Below, one piece after another: positions 52,959-64,000 of a stretch of 64,000 nucleotides of DNA. This DNA comes from Zygnema circumcarinatum SAG 698-1b (Eukaryota > Plantae > Zygnematophyceae). A program made the translations under genes and the position numbers. The notes below the pieces were generated by a model. That model saw only the letters and a program-made list of their open reading frames with translations. It had not been told where the DNA came from and ran no database searches. Location of the stretch: the NCBI GenBank assembly GCA_037447605.1, contig CM074810.1, positions 1 to 64,000 on the forward strand, in the 5' to 3' direction. Each line of letters starts with the position of its first letter. Position 1 is the stretch's first letter.

Positions 52959-64000
<11,042 letters not shown>

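Overview
Eukaryotic nuclear DNA from a green plant lineage, most likely a non-angiosperm streptophyte (alga or bryophyte). This is an inference from the plant-type PRMT10, MED20, homomeric ACCase and tRNA-Phe, together with a retained COMMD4. The first 16.4 kb is a tandem array of a 174-bp satellite, open at the left edge and possibly centromeric or pericentromeric. Two unrelated LTR elements interrupt it: a 787-bp solo LTR and a frameshifted 6.25-kb Ty1/copia. Both inserted into the same 8-bp motif (GAGTGGAC) of the monomer. The array ends about 370 bp before a gene-dense, intron-rich block: UTP21/WDR36 (+), PRMT10 (+), a bZIP factor (-), type II peroxiredoxin (-), tRNA-Phe(GAA) (+), COMMD4 (-), MED20 (+), a 157-bp MITE, two tandem alpha/beta-hydrolase-fold genes (+), a nucleotide-sugar/TPT-family transporter (-) and the 5' part of cytosolic acetyl-CoA carboxylase (+, truncated at the window end). 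Best leads: (1) the hydrolase-fold pair lacks both the nucleophile Ser (GHQAG, GHHTG) and the catalytic His, so these may be receptors or pseudoenzymes, possibly of bacterial origin; (2) apparent site-biased LTR insertion into the satellite; (3) dense GTAC arrays upstream of several genes; (4) recurrent TTTTTAGGG telomere-like motifs. Gene models were built by eye from GT-AG boundaries and remembered homologue sequences; no searches were run.
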